From positions 8,184,001 to 8,248,000 of the forward strand of contig OX597841.1 in assembly GCA_951406725.2 (NCBI GenBank): a stretch of DNA of 64,000 nt, read 5' to 3'. The position numbers and the translations under genes were made by a program. Numbering within the stretch: the first letter of the stretch is position 1; each line of letters opens with the position of its first letter. This stretch comes from Octopus vulgaris (taxonomy: Eukaryota). This document shows, in pieces, positions 52,471-64,000 of this stretch. The notes beneath the pieces are model-generated. The model did no database searches. It was not told where the DNA came from and saw nothing but the letters and a program-made list of their open reading frames with translations.

Positions 52471-53803
52471 TTAGAAACCTGCATGTGAGAGTTTGAATAA
52501 AAGACAAAACAAAAACGGTTCCTTTCCATACCAACCTGTATGACATTACAACTGGATTTAGGAAAACAAATTTTCAATAAAAAAAGGTGAATCTAAAACT
52601 TTAAATCAAAATTTCATGTTAATGTAGGTTCTAAACACAAAATTAATTAACGACAAAGTTAATTTAGAAAATACGTTACTTGTTTTTTTTCAAATTCAAT
52701 TGAAACAAAGGCAGTGCATTACCACAGGAATTTGGTAAGAAAGCATTCCAAGACAATTGTCTGGCTAAAGAAATAATATACAGAGTCAAATTCCAGGCTG
52801 ACAACAAACAAATTAACAGAAAACAATTATCAAATGTGAAACTCGTTAAATACCAGCCATCCACTTCCACCTCCTATTCCCAGATTTTGTCTTCTAACTC
52901 GAAACTCAGAGAATCAGCCTCAGGAATTCTGGTGAGTTTCTTGTTAAACCTGATTTTTTCACTCTTAAGACTTTTAGTATTGAATATGCTTTCCACCCCT
53001 TTGTAGACACCGTGTGTGTGTGTGTGTGTCTCCTACCACTGCTTGACAACCCAAGCAGGTGTGTTTAAGTCCCATAACAGAGCAGTTTGGCAAAAGAGAC
53101 TGATAGAATAAGTCCTAGGTTAAAAAAAAAAAAATAGTAATAAGCCCTGGAGTTGATTTGTCCAAACTAAGAACCCTTCAAGGTGATGCCCCAGCATGGC
53201 CGCAGTCAATTGACTGAAACAAGATGTGTATGTGTATGTAACTGCCATCATTCTTCTCCTAAAAGTATAACAAATATATACTCTACAAAATGTATTGAGT
53301 ACTCCTTCAGTTGAAAGCAAAATTGGTTTTATTACAACATGACATAAAAACAAACTATTATGGCTGAGTGGTAAGAAGTTTGCTTCCCAACCACATGGTT
53401 CTGGGTTCAGTCCCACTGCATGGCACCTTGGGTAAACGTCTTCTACTATAGCATTGAGCTAAGACCACTTGACGTTTTTATGGCTTTTATACTGAAAAAA
53501 TACAGTTTATGATAGAAAATTGTTAAACGGTTGATGAAGTGAGGGCAAACCAGTGAAGAAGAAGGCACACAAATATTAAATGAAATGTTTCTTGAAGTTT
53601 TCAATTCCATTATTTTGTCTCTCGTCTGCAGTGCCACGACTGGAATGGTGATCAGTTTCAAGACAGGCATTCATGAGAAAAACTGAATTCTCTGTGGAGA
53701 TTCTTAGAAATTTTGGAAACCAAAACAGATTTTAGTAAACACAGATTTTCTAATCATTCAGAGTCTGCAGAAATATTTTGGGGAGACCCTGAACATGAGA
53801 TAC

Positions 53804-53842
<39 letters not shown>

Positions 53843-54337
53843 TCCCTCATTATCTCTCTATCTTTTGCTTGTTTCAGTCATTAGACTGCGGCCATGCTGG
53901 GGCACTGGCTCAAAGAATCTTAGTGGAATGAATCAACCCTGGTGCTAATATCTTTTTTAAGCCTAGTACTTACTTTATCAGTCTCTTTTGTTGAACTGCT
54001 AAGTTATGAGGATGTAAATACAGCAACATAAGCTGTCAAACAAGACACACAGACATAGATGTGATGGGTTTCTCACAGTTTCCGTCTCCCAAATCATCTC
54101 AGAAGTCTTTGGCTGGCTCTATATTATAGTAGGAGACACTGGCCCAATGTGCCATACAGTGGGGATGAACCTAAAACCATGCGGTGTGAATGAGTGCATA
54201 TGTGTGTGTGTGTGTGTATATCAATACATGTATACACGCACACACCCACATGCTTTAGATGAAGACATGGGTGTATGCTTCTGAAGTTTGCTTTCCAACC
54301 ATATGGTTTTGAGGTCAGAGTTCAGTCAGTGTGTGTG

Positions 54338-54385
<48 letters not shown>

Positions 54386-55414
54386 TGTGTGTGTGTGTGT
54401 GTGTATATATAAGTATATCCTTACCCTCGTTTGTAGTCTGTGCTGCATGCTGGGGTGTTTCAGGCTGTCTGACAGGCTCCGATGAGCTCAGGTGTCTTTT
54501 AAACATGGTCTCTACAGCCGGACACCCTTCCTAATGCCTGGGTGCTCTTCGCGTGCCACTTGTACATGTGAAGCCACCCTGTAGCTCGCATGACAAACAA
54601 ACAGCCTCGTCGGCTCAGTGGGAGTATTCTAGAGAGGAAGGTGGCTTTATGCCAGGTGTTAAGGGGCTAAAGTATGATGCGTGTGTGCTTCATCATCATC
54701 ATCATTTCATATCCATTGTCTATGCTGGCATGGATGGACTGGATGGTTTGACAGGAGCTGGGGGCCCACCAGGCTCTGTTTTCTCATCTGGTAGGGTTTC
54801 TAAGGCTGAAGGCCCTTCCTAATGCCAACCATTCCACAGAGTGTACTGGGTGCTTCTTATGTGGCACCATCCCCAGTGCTTTTTAATGTGACACCAGAAC
54901 CAGTACTTTTCAAGTGGCACGAGTGCCTTTTTTATGTGCCACTCACACAGGGGGCTTCTGCACAGTTTCCTTCACTAAATTCACTCATGAGGCATTTAGG
55001 TCTTTGTTGGCCTGTGAGTATTTTAGAAAAAAAAACACTTACCCAAGGTGTCCTGCACTGGGACTGAACCCATGTCTATTGGTGTGTGTTTGTGCATGGA
55101 GGTGGAGTGTGGGGGTGGAAGTCTAGCTACGACACCACTGCAACACACTGGACTAACACTTCTCTGCATGTTAGTGTCAGGCTAGTACTGGATACTAAAC
55201 TAATACTTCACAACCACTACGTTGACACTGCTCTGACCACTACATCACCGACATTCTGTGCACCACAATAACACTCCGGCATCTACAGCATTAACACTGT
55301 GATAACTACTGTGATAAACACACACACACACACACACACTGTGCTATGCAAGCCTGTGCTGGTGGCAGACACACACACACACAAATACACACACACACAC
55401 GCACACCACATTAA

Positions 55415-55631
55415 CCCTTTAGCATTTCTATTGGCTGTATCTGGCCCAAATATTCACCTGTTTTACACTGAAACTGGCCAGATCCAGCTTTTCACACCTA
55501 CCCAACACTGTCATTCTAAAAATAAATCACATCTTTAAAATTTTGAAACTACAAGATAATGTAGGATTAATTTGTTAAAATCTGGATTAATAAGGATTAC
55601 ATTTGATAGGATTACTCTGAATGCTGAAGGG
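55415..55631. mobile_element. piggyBac-type MITE
   Basis: TTAA|CCCTTTAGCATT...AATGCTGAAGGG|TTAC. Confidence 0.8.
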
Positions 55632-55869
55632 TTACCATAAAGGGCTGTCTGACATACCAGATGCATATCATAAGGGTGGAGACCTTTACAGAAGAGGCAC
55701 TTATAACTTCCCTAGGCTGTTGTAAATCTAGTATATCATCGCTATCCATGTAATAAGCTGACCTGCCACTTTTTGTGCTTTCCAGATTGAAGGAGACACC
55801 TGTAACAGCACTTTGAATGTGACCTGCTAAACACTGTCTGCAGAATGTGGCCGAGACGTGAAGACCATT

Positions 55870-56949
55870 CGGAAGGTTGCTATGCAATAAAGTTTGGGGT
55901 TGAAGTGAACAGAAATGCTAGAAACCCTTATGAAATGCTCCAGCTTGCTTATGCAATGACTTGTATGTGATAAGCATCTGTTTTCCGCTGGCAGAAGAAG
56001 GGTGGAGGTGGAGAGGAGGTGAGAGACGATGAGAGAATGGGGCAGGGCATCTGAGCTGGTTGCACGGTTCTCTGGATGAAGACTGCCATGTGTCTATAAA
56101 GACAATTAGCATAGAGTTTGGAGTTGGTGTGGCAACTGGACACAGAATTATTCGTAAAGATCTGAGCATGTGCAAAGTTTGTTGCTGAGGAACACCGTGA
56201 TGAACAGAAGGAAAGACATGTTGGTGAGGGGAGGGAAATGGTTGAGCCCCTTAATCGGCCATTCAAGATGGAGTCTATTGGGACTTGTGACAAAAGCTGG
56301 ATCTGCTGTTAGGATTGACAGAGAAAGTGAGAGAGAGGCCAGTGGAAGCCTCTTGGTTCCCCAAACCGAAAGAAGGCCAGGCAAAGCAAGTCCACCAGAA
56401 AGCTCATGATGATTTCCCACTTTTCGACAGCAAAGGCCTCATCTACATCCACTGGGTTCCCTCTAGCCAGATGATCAACAAAGAGTACTTTGTAGAGGTT
56501 TTGAGGGGGTTCAGGAAGAGATTTGAATGCCAAAGGCCAGAGTTCTTTCCACTCGGGTCAGTAGCGCCAGCAGCAGGACAATGTCCCAATCGACAATTCC
56601 ATCATGGTACCCAAATTCTTGACAGAGATGAACATCAAAACTGTCCCTCACCCACACCCCTCTTAAGACCAGACCTTGCTCCCTGTGAATTTTGTTTGTG
56701 TCTCCAAGCTGAAGGAGAACCTTAGGGAATAGTCGTTTTAAAGATGAAAGAAGCTGTGACAAGGGTCCTGGACACCTTCACTTCGGAGGACTTTCCTGGG
56801 GCCCTTCATGAAATGGCTGGATTGCAATGACAAGTGCATTGAAGTGAGAGGACCCTAATTTGAAGGAGGTTAGAGTTTTGTTGTAGTTCTTTGAAATTAA
56901 TAAATGTCTCTCCTAAAAGAGTCTCAAAACATCTGGAATGCACCTTCTA
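55870..56949 (+). mobile_element. Decayed mariner element
   Basis: FDSKGLIYIHWVP..INKEYFVEVL, QDNVP, PDLAPCEF; right end TIR-like ..GGAATGCACCTTC|TA. Confidence 0.8.
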
Positions 56950-57891
56950 CACACACACACACACACCTAACAGTACTTATATATATATATATATATATAT
57001 ATACTCCCTGGCATGCCCACACACGCCCCATCCTAATTCATATACGGCATTCAAGCAGTACCTGCAAGCACACACACACACACACACAACTACACACTTA
57101 CGCACACAGTCCCATGTTGTTCTACCTACCAAACACACACACTTACTGCTGTACAGCTACACATATTCCACAATAATGCTAAACACTTACACACGCATCT
57201 ACAAAGCTATACACACATACACACACACACACATTCACATACTGCCACACAGCTAGATACACAACCAACCTTAATAGGACTGGCCTCGGCAACCCCAATT
57301 ATCTTCAACAGCTAGAGAGAGTGAGAGAGAGAGAGAGAGAGCTATACATATATATAGAAAGAGAGAGAGAGGAGAAAGGGAGAGGTGGATGGATATGTAT
57401 GTGTGACTATATGATATATATATGTATGTGTGTTTATATACAAGTGTGTGTTTATGTATGGCAGTATGAGTGTGTGAATGTGTGTGTGTGTATATATATA
57501 TATATGTATGTATGTATATATATATATATACGTTATAGACATACACACACATAAAAAGGGGGAGAGAGAGAGAGAGGAGAACAACAAGCTACAATGAAAT
57601 ACAGAAATACAGTAAAAACAACAACAACAACAACAATAGATTTTTCCGAATTGATTTTGCAGACTTTTCCAAGATGAGAACTTCTATCAACAAAAGGCCA
57701 AGTCACATGTCACCCTTTTCATTCGTTGCTTCTGTCATATTATGAAACGAAAGTGAAAGTAGAAGACTCTCATCCAAGAAGGTGAGTGACAGGAGAGGAA
57801 TTAAAACAGGACTGAAATGGAGTAAAAAGGGGCTTACACTGGGCTGAGTGGTACAATAACAAAGGGGAAAACAGACTTCAATTCATTTCAT

Positions 57892-58085
57892 GCAACAGAG
57901 TCCCTTCTATCTTTAAATTAAGGACCACATGAACCAGTGAGGGAGCTTCCATGTAGCCATCTGCTTGTTACTCAATGTAAAAACCAAATCTCTCCTGCAA
58001 CAGACTCCTTCCTATCTTTAAATTGAGGACCACATGAACCAGTGAGGGAGCTCTGATATAATCACTTGAGCCTTACTCAAGTAAA
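57892..58085. repeat. ~105-bp direct tandem duplication
   Basis: CTATCTTTAAATT.AGGACCACATGAACCAGTGAGGGAGCT twice. Confidence 0.85.
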
Positions 58086-58194
58086 CTGCTGAATTTCAGC
58101 AGTAACAACGACAACAACAACAGCAGCAATAACAACTCCCGCACCTCAAAAAAAGAAGAAAAAACGTAAAAAAAACAAGAATTCAGTGACCAAC

Positions 58195-58257
58195 CTTGAT
58201 GGGTCGTGAGTCATCCTTGCCACCTCCTAACCGTTCCTCTGGGTTCTTCTTCAAGAG
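58195..58257 (-). CDS. RPS6KB1: p70 S6 kinase exon (LLKKNPEERLGGGKDDSRPIK)
   Basis: AG/GT boundaries, 63 nt, phase 0; AGC kinase subdomain XI (R-L-G). Confidence 0.93.
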
Positions 58258-59569
58258 CTGGACAAACAGATAATTACTTATGTATAAGAGGATCAATTAG
58301 TTATGTATAACAACAAGGTGTTCATTAAGGGGAAGCGCTAACGACTGGGAACATTATTCTTATGTAAATATAATTCGTAACGAAACAAAACCATTCCATT
58401 TGCTCAGGCAACATTCAGATGGATATTTTCAGGTAATATTCCACCAAATATTCGGCCAAAATATCATCTGAAGAAATGGGTGGCTATGTAACAATACAAG
58501 AAATGTTAAGCACCACATCAATATGGCTGTTTGATATTACAAGTGTTTTTAACCCTAGGAAGAGTCTCCTCCAGCTGCTTATTGATGCAGTCTGCACCCT
58601 GTATATATTGCAATCAGGGGAGCGAACTCTTACTGTCTTCTAGCAGATGACAGGATCACCAGACTGAATGGTTTCAGGCTATTTGTGCCAATGTTCAGTG
58701 GTGAACACCCGGCTGCTAGAAATAGTGGGAATTCCCTCCAGCTCGCAACATCTAGAAAAATCACGTGACAATCAGTCACTGATCTTGCAACAAGCAAAGT
58801 AGCTAGTTAGAAAATCTCTACAAGAAATGAGAGAAGCAACTCTACTGAGTATTCTCCGTAGAGTTACTACTTTCATCTCCTCTTGAAATTGTCTGGCTAC
58901 TTTGCTTATGTAACAATACAAATTCACATAATGTTATCTCTTAAGTTATGCAATAAAATCATACGTCGAAACAGGTGTAGGGATGTTTTTCGATTGAGCC
59001 AGTCATTTTCATTTACTAAATATTACACCACACAAAATGTACCAAATAGGGTTTTTTGATACAAGCATGGATTAGCAACACACCCGGCACTAATGAACAA
59101 CTGTTCAATTCTGTGCAGACTGCTGAACTGACCAGCTGAGTTACCAGGAAGACCCCTTTCTGATTTGTTTTCAGAGGACTCTGCTGAGCCAAAGCTACAC
59201 AGAGGTGCTTTACGTTAATTTGCCAACATCTTCTTTGTTTCACTATAAATAAAACACACACACACACACACACATAGGTGCAGGAGTGGCTGTGTGATAA
59301 GAAGCTTGCTTCCCAACCACATGGTTCAGGGTTCAGTCCCACAGTGTGGCAGGTGTCTTCTACTATAGCCTCAGGCTGACCAAAGCTTTGTGAGTGGATT
59401 TGATGGACAGAAACTGAAAGGCGGCGGCAAGATGGCGGAAACGTTAGCATGCTGGGCGAAATGCTTAGCGGTATTTCATCTGTCTTTACATTCTGAGTTC
59501 AAATTCCACCGAGGTTGACTTTACTTTCGGGGGTCGATTAAATAAGTACCAGTTATGCACTGGGGTGGG

Positions 59570-59937
59570 GGGACCCTGTCAAAGGCTTTCTCCATGTCAA
59601 CAAAAGCCAGGTACAGAGGTTTATCTTTGGCTAGGTATTTCTCCTGCAGCTGTCTTACCAGAAATATAGCATCAGTGGTGCTTTTCCCTGGCACAAACCC
59701 AAACTGCATCTCATCTAGGCTGACTCTCTCCCTAATTAGTTAGGCTATGACCCTCTCCGTGACTTTCATTACCTGATCCATCAACTTGGTACCTCTGTAA
59801 TTATTCCTATCTAATGCATCGCCTTTACCTTTGTAGCAGTTGACTATGGTGCTGCTACACCAGTCATTGGGTATGACTCCTCCATGTATCACCTGACTGA
59901 CTACATGGGTGTCTAGACTATAGTCAACACCACCAGA
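59570..59937 (-). mobile_element. Internal RTE LINE RT fragment
   Basis: [47 protein letters not shown]. Confidence 0.92.
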
Positions 59938-60360
59938 TAAATGATAATATAAATGATTATATATGAATATAGGGACCTCTACTCATTAGTCACTGTGAAT
60001 AATCCTCATTTAAATATCTTCAAATCTTGTGACTTCTGAAAACTAGTAATATTTTGATATCCATTAATTCTATATCTATGGCGTTCTATAAGTTATAGTT
60101 ATTGTAGCTCCAAGTTTATCTTCAGATTTATTATGGAATCCTCTGTCCAATAAATTAAGGAAATAGAGAACATTTTTGTTGGGTTTCTCTTCATATTTAT
60201 TATGGAATTCTCCCTCTGATAAACAAAAATTATGAAGACCATTTTTTTGTTAGTTACTTTCAACAATTTTTCTGTATACCAGTAACTTTCATTAAAAGAG
60301 TTGTTATATATTACCAGTATAATAGTGTATGGTTCTATATTTTTGAGATGAGGAATTCAG

Positions 60361-60882
60361 GACATTATCTACATTGGATGGATACGTGTCCTCATCTTGT
60401 TTGTTCTTACAATGTTTCAGTTGATTTACTCTCCAGCTTTCATCAGATCTCCTGGTGGAATTTTGAGCCCAGCCCTGGGTTCTCGTTTCGAAGGGTTTTT
60501 TTTTGTGCTGTTGTTATTATTATTATTTATTCAAGGCAATGCCTGGAATTGAACTTGCAATCTTGGAGTTAGTAGCCTGCGCTGTTAACCATTACGCTAT
60601 TTGCAATGCAGATATGAGTAGAATATGGGAACCGTTATTAAAGAAGGACATAAAAATATTAGGTTTATAAGCCCTAAAATTCACTCTATAATTGCCCTCG
60701 GGCATATAGCATAATGGTTAAGAGCATGGGCTACTGACTCCAAGATCAGCAAATAAAACCAAAAGTCTTAGGAAGGAGATTCCAGGGTTGGGTTTAAAAT
60801 TCTACCAAGACCCCTGATGAAGGCTGGAGAGTAAATCAGTCACAAGATGGGGACACATATCCGTCCAATGTAAATAATGTCG
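60361..60882. repeat. Inverted repeat pair of a tRNA-headed element containing a CUGAUGA hammerhead-like remnant
   Basis: 60361-60604 mirrors 60700-60882; TAGCATAATGGTTAAGAGC tRNA-like head; CTGATGAAGGCTG..CAG. Confidence 0.7.
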
Positions 60883-61224
60883 ATGACAGTATATTATCAT
60901 TTATATTTATTTACACGTTTTATTAGAGTCTCCAGATTAAGACCCTGATACTTTATTTATAGATTGTTGTTGTATGTTATTATAAGAGCCAAAGACTATA
61001 TTCGACCTAAACAAATTTGGATTAATATTATTTAAGATATTTAGAAATATATTTTGATAGTTGTAGATTCTATTTACTTAAATATCCGTTATAATCTTGG
61101 TTTTTTAAAAATTGTAATTGATATATAATTCGATAGTTAACGCTCACAATACATAGGCATTTGAGTGAATTTTTTCACAATCCAGCCATCCTTTCACACG
61201 GAATTTCGTCTGTCTATAAACCAA

Positions 61225-61301
61225 AGCTCTGAAGAGACTTATATATAAAGAAATTGTTTATATGTCACAAAATGTATCCAAGTCGAAACAAATTGTTGGC
61301 T
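61225..61301 (+). ncRNA. Type-I hammerhead motif with canonical core
   Basis: agcu-CUGAAGA-GACUU-(loop)-AAGUC-GAAA-CAAAUUG-UU-ggcu. Confidence 0.7.
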
Positions 61302-61887
61302 CTTTGGGCTTTTTTATGATGTTTTTCTATGTTATCTTATATTATATTCATAGTATTTTATGTTTTATAAATCATTGGATTGTCAATTGAATCTCTCTAA
61401 TTTATTGTTTATATATATATATACGAGGAAGCAATATCCACGTAAGGGATTGTTAAAAACAATCCGGACGCCAACTGGGTTTACCCAAATATATTGATAG
61501 AAACTTCCTCAATATATCTGTATAAACAGTCTTGTAAAATTAAAAAGCCAATAAAAAGAAAATTCCTAAACATAATCCTCAAATAAGTCGTTTCACAACT
61601 CAAAACTAAAATATACTTATTTTTCCTGCAGAGATCTAACAATATACAAATTATTACATCTTCAAAACTTGCAATTATTGATGATTCGAAAATATTGTTG
61701 TATTGAAACATATGTAGAATATCTTCTTGGAGTTTTGGGGGTTATTTTGTTGAGGTGGTTCCTTTTATACTTGTTCTTATAGGTATATCGTTTAATCTTT
61801 TAATTTGCATTACTTTTCCAATTGTGATACAAAGAAAATGAACCAAGCATCTTTTTCTTCTCCATTTTCTTTTATTGACTTTTTAAA

Positions 61888-62311
61888 TCTCTCTCTATGT
61901 AAACGGCAGTTTGTCTGTCTGTGTGTCTGTGAGGTTGTACCCTCACCCTGACCACGGCTTTCAACCGATTCTGATGAGACTTGACACACACATAGCCCAA
62001 TGTCATGATTCAAAACTAACACAGCGAAAATTTTGAAAAGTTCTCCCAGTTCTGAAAAAAAAAACCGATAAATTCGACATGGGGTTTAGAATCTAAGCTT
62101 TTTATATGCAACACATTTTCTGTCTAGGGGACACAACTGGACAGCTAGGGACAGCTAGGAACATCGTATACACAGAAGTATTCGAGTGAAGAGAAGACAT
62201 TGCAACCTACATATGCGCCTTCGTTCCCTAGAGGGAAAGGACTAGATTGGGATTAGTCGTTGCCTACTAGGGTCTCTTACATACCCGGGAAACGCCGGGC
62301 TATGCTGCTAG
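61888..62311 (+). mobile_element. Non-autonomous Helitron (~424 bp)
   Basis: A|TC 5' end, 3' hairpin CCCGGGAAACGCCGGG followed by CTAG|T. Confidence 0.85.
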
Positions 62312-62686
62312 TATATATACACACACACACACACAAACATATTTGCATATTTACATATATATGTATTTATGTGTATATGCAATATTTATTACACATACAT
62401 TATAAACATATTCATTTAGTGTGTCTATTACCAGAATATGTATGCACATACATACGTATTTGGAGTGTATATATTTAGTGTGTACATGCGTGTGTGTGTG
62501 TATACATGACAGACTTCTTTTAGTTTTCATCTGTCAACTCCACTCACAAGGCTTTGGTCAACCAGATGCTGTGCAGTGGGACTGAACCCAGGACCATGTG
62601 GGTGGGAAGTGACCTTAACCACAAAGCCATGCCTCTGACTATAAACACACACACACAGAAAAGAGTATATGGAGAACAGTTCTTAC

Positions 62687-62752
62687 CTTTTTGATAAGGT
62701 TACGCGCTTCGTTTGTCAAATAGGGGGGAAAATTTAATTTACACTTTAATAT
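62687..62752 (-). CDS. RPS6KB1: p70 S6 kinase exon (ILKCKLNFPPYLTNEARNLIKK), kinase C-lobe
   Basis: Polypyrimidine+CAG acceptor and GTAAG donor, 66 nt, phase 0; peptide closely matches vertebrate S6K1 [22 protein letters not shown]. Confidence 0.95.
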
Positions 62753-64000
62753 CTGGAGAGAAAAAGTTCAAAAGAGGCAGAGAGAAAATTAGATTTTTAT
62801 TATTAATGAGTTTTAAACAGATAACAAAACATTAAATATGCAATATTATATTTTTAACTAGCAGTGGCTCATCGTATATACATATGTACACATCCTCTTT
62901 CAGGCATAAACTACCCAGGCATGGTCGTCTGTGTGTGTGTGCCAAAATACATCCTCTTAACCTTTAGCCCACTAATTTGCCCATAGAATAGCTTCCTTTG
63001 CCCCCTGTATTATTTTGAGGGGAACAAAAGAAATGAACACCTATTATGAAATTCACAAAACTTTCATTGTAATGTGTGTACGGAACTGATTAAAAAAATA
63101 TTTTTTTTGTATACTAATAACGGAATGGATGAATGATATTTTTGTGTAATACATTAAGGCATGGACGAAGGAGTTGCTCCTCCGAAAAGTACCTCGTTGG
63201 GGCCAGTACTTTGCTTAAATCAGCCAGCCATAGATGACAGTAGCCACTCAGTACATCGTTCTCAATAGAACTGTAAACACAGTCTACATCCTCATCATCA
63301 CCTCAAATAATTTCACCCTTGATTTGGCCTCGGTTCTATCGAACTTTGTTTTTTCTCTTCCTGGATGAAGATGGCTTCTCCTGCATTTGAAGCTTCCTGA
63401 TTCTGAAGGATAGTCACATGACTGGTCTTGGAAACTTTTGTCGGTTCCCCCCCGCTACGTCCTTGTATTAGTATCAAGTGACAATGTTTAGTGTTGTAAG
63501 TTAAGGCTGACACGGTTGACTGAACAAGTCTAGTGGCACTACAAAACGATCAAGGCTCCACATGCTCTCGGTCAAGCGTTTGTAGAGAACGACCACGTGA
63601 TTAAGTTTAGAACCTTCCTATGTCCGTGTGTTAATGTCACATGGCTGTATATTTTGCCCCTAATATGATGGCCAACACCGCTGAAATCTACACCTTTTTC
63701 CCATTCTCTCTCTGTCTATTTTCTCTTACTCCTTTCTGTTGAAGAACATAGGATTGAAACACAAAAGACTTTTTCATTTTCCCCAACAACAAACTAATAC
63801 ATTTGCTTGTTGATCACACACCTGTCTTTGTCTTTCTACAAATTAAAACTCTCTATATGTATATATGGCTTCTAACCCACAGGCTGTGAGTTCACATCCC
63901 ACCAGGGATGATTTATTTTCAGTTGTCCAACCCATGCCAGCACGGACAATGGATGTTAAATGATGATGGCAATGTATGTGTGTAGAGACATGCTTGCATA

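Noticed and set aside
63115-63690. Coding-like minus-strand segment (DDEDVDCVY..) in an S6K intron
   Set aside because: Multiple stops; possibly an old DNA-transposase tail but family not supportable; not S6K
63735-63770. Further hammerhead-like remnants (also ~16880-16915 and ~58960-58985)
   Set aside because: Core or stems too decayed to support a call

Overview
AT-rich, microsatellite-dense animal DNA. The SINE/RTE/Penelope repertoire and C2H2 gene style suggest a coleoid cephalopod, probably Octopus (inference). Host genes: (i) the last six coding exons of a p70 ribosomal protein S6 kinase gene on the minus strand (62752->38511; upstream exons lie beyond the window); (ii) two spliceable ankyrin-repeat exons on the minus strand near 2.6-3.7 kb; (iii) a frameshifted C2H2 zinc-finger array at 24 kb running in-frame into a ~2.7 kb decayed NHL/beta-propeller-like sequence. 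The rest is mostly mobile DNA: Penelope-like elements (PLEs), RTE and CR1-type LINEs, two Helitrons, Tc1/mariner relics, piggyBac-type MITEs, a probable solo LTR and many tRNA-derived SINEs. The most notable unannotated signal is about ten type-I hammerhead-ribozyme-like motifs, mostly in the arms of fold-back PLE insertions. They include a C3U/G8A core variant in two unrelated families and a canonical copy on the sense strand of an S6K intron. Most ORFs in the supplied track are microsatellite artefacts. All calls were made by eye; no searches or folding were run.
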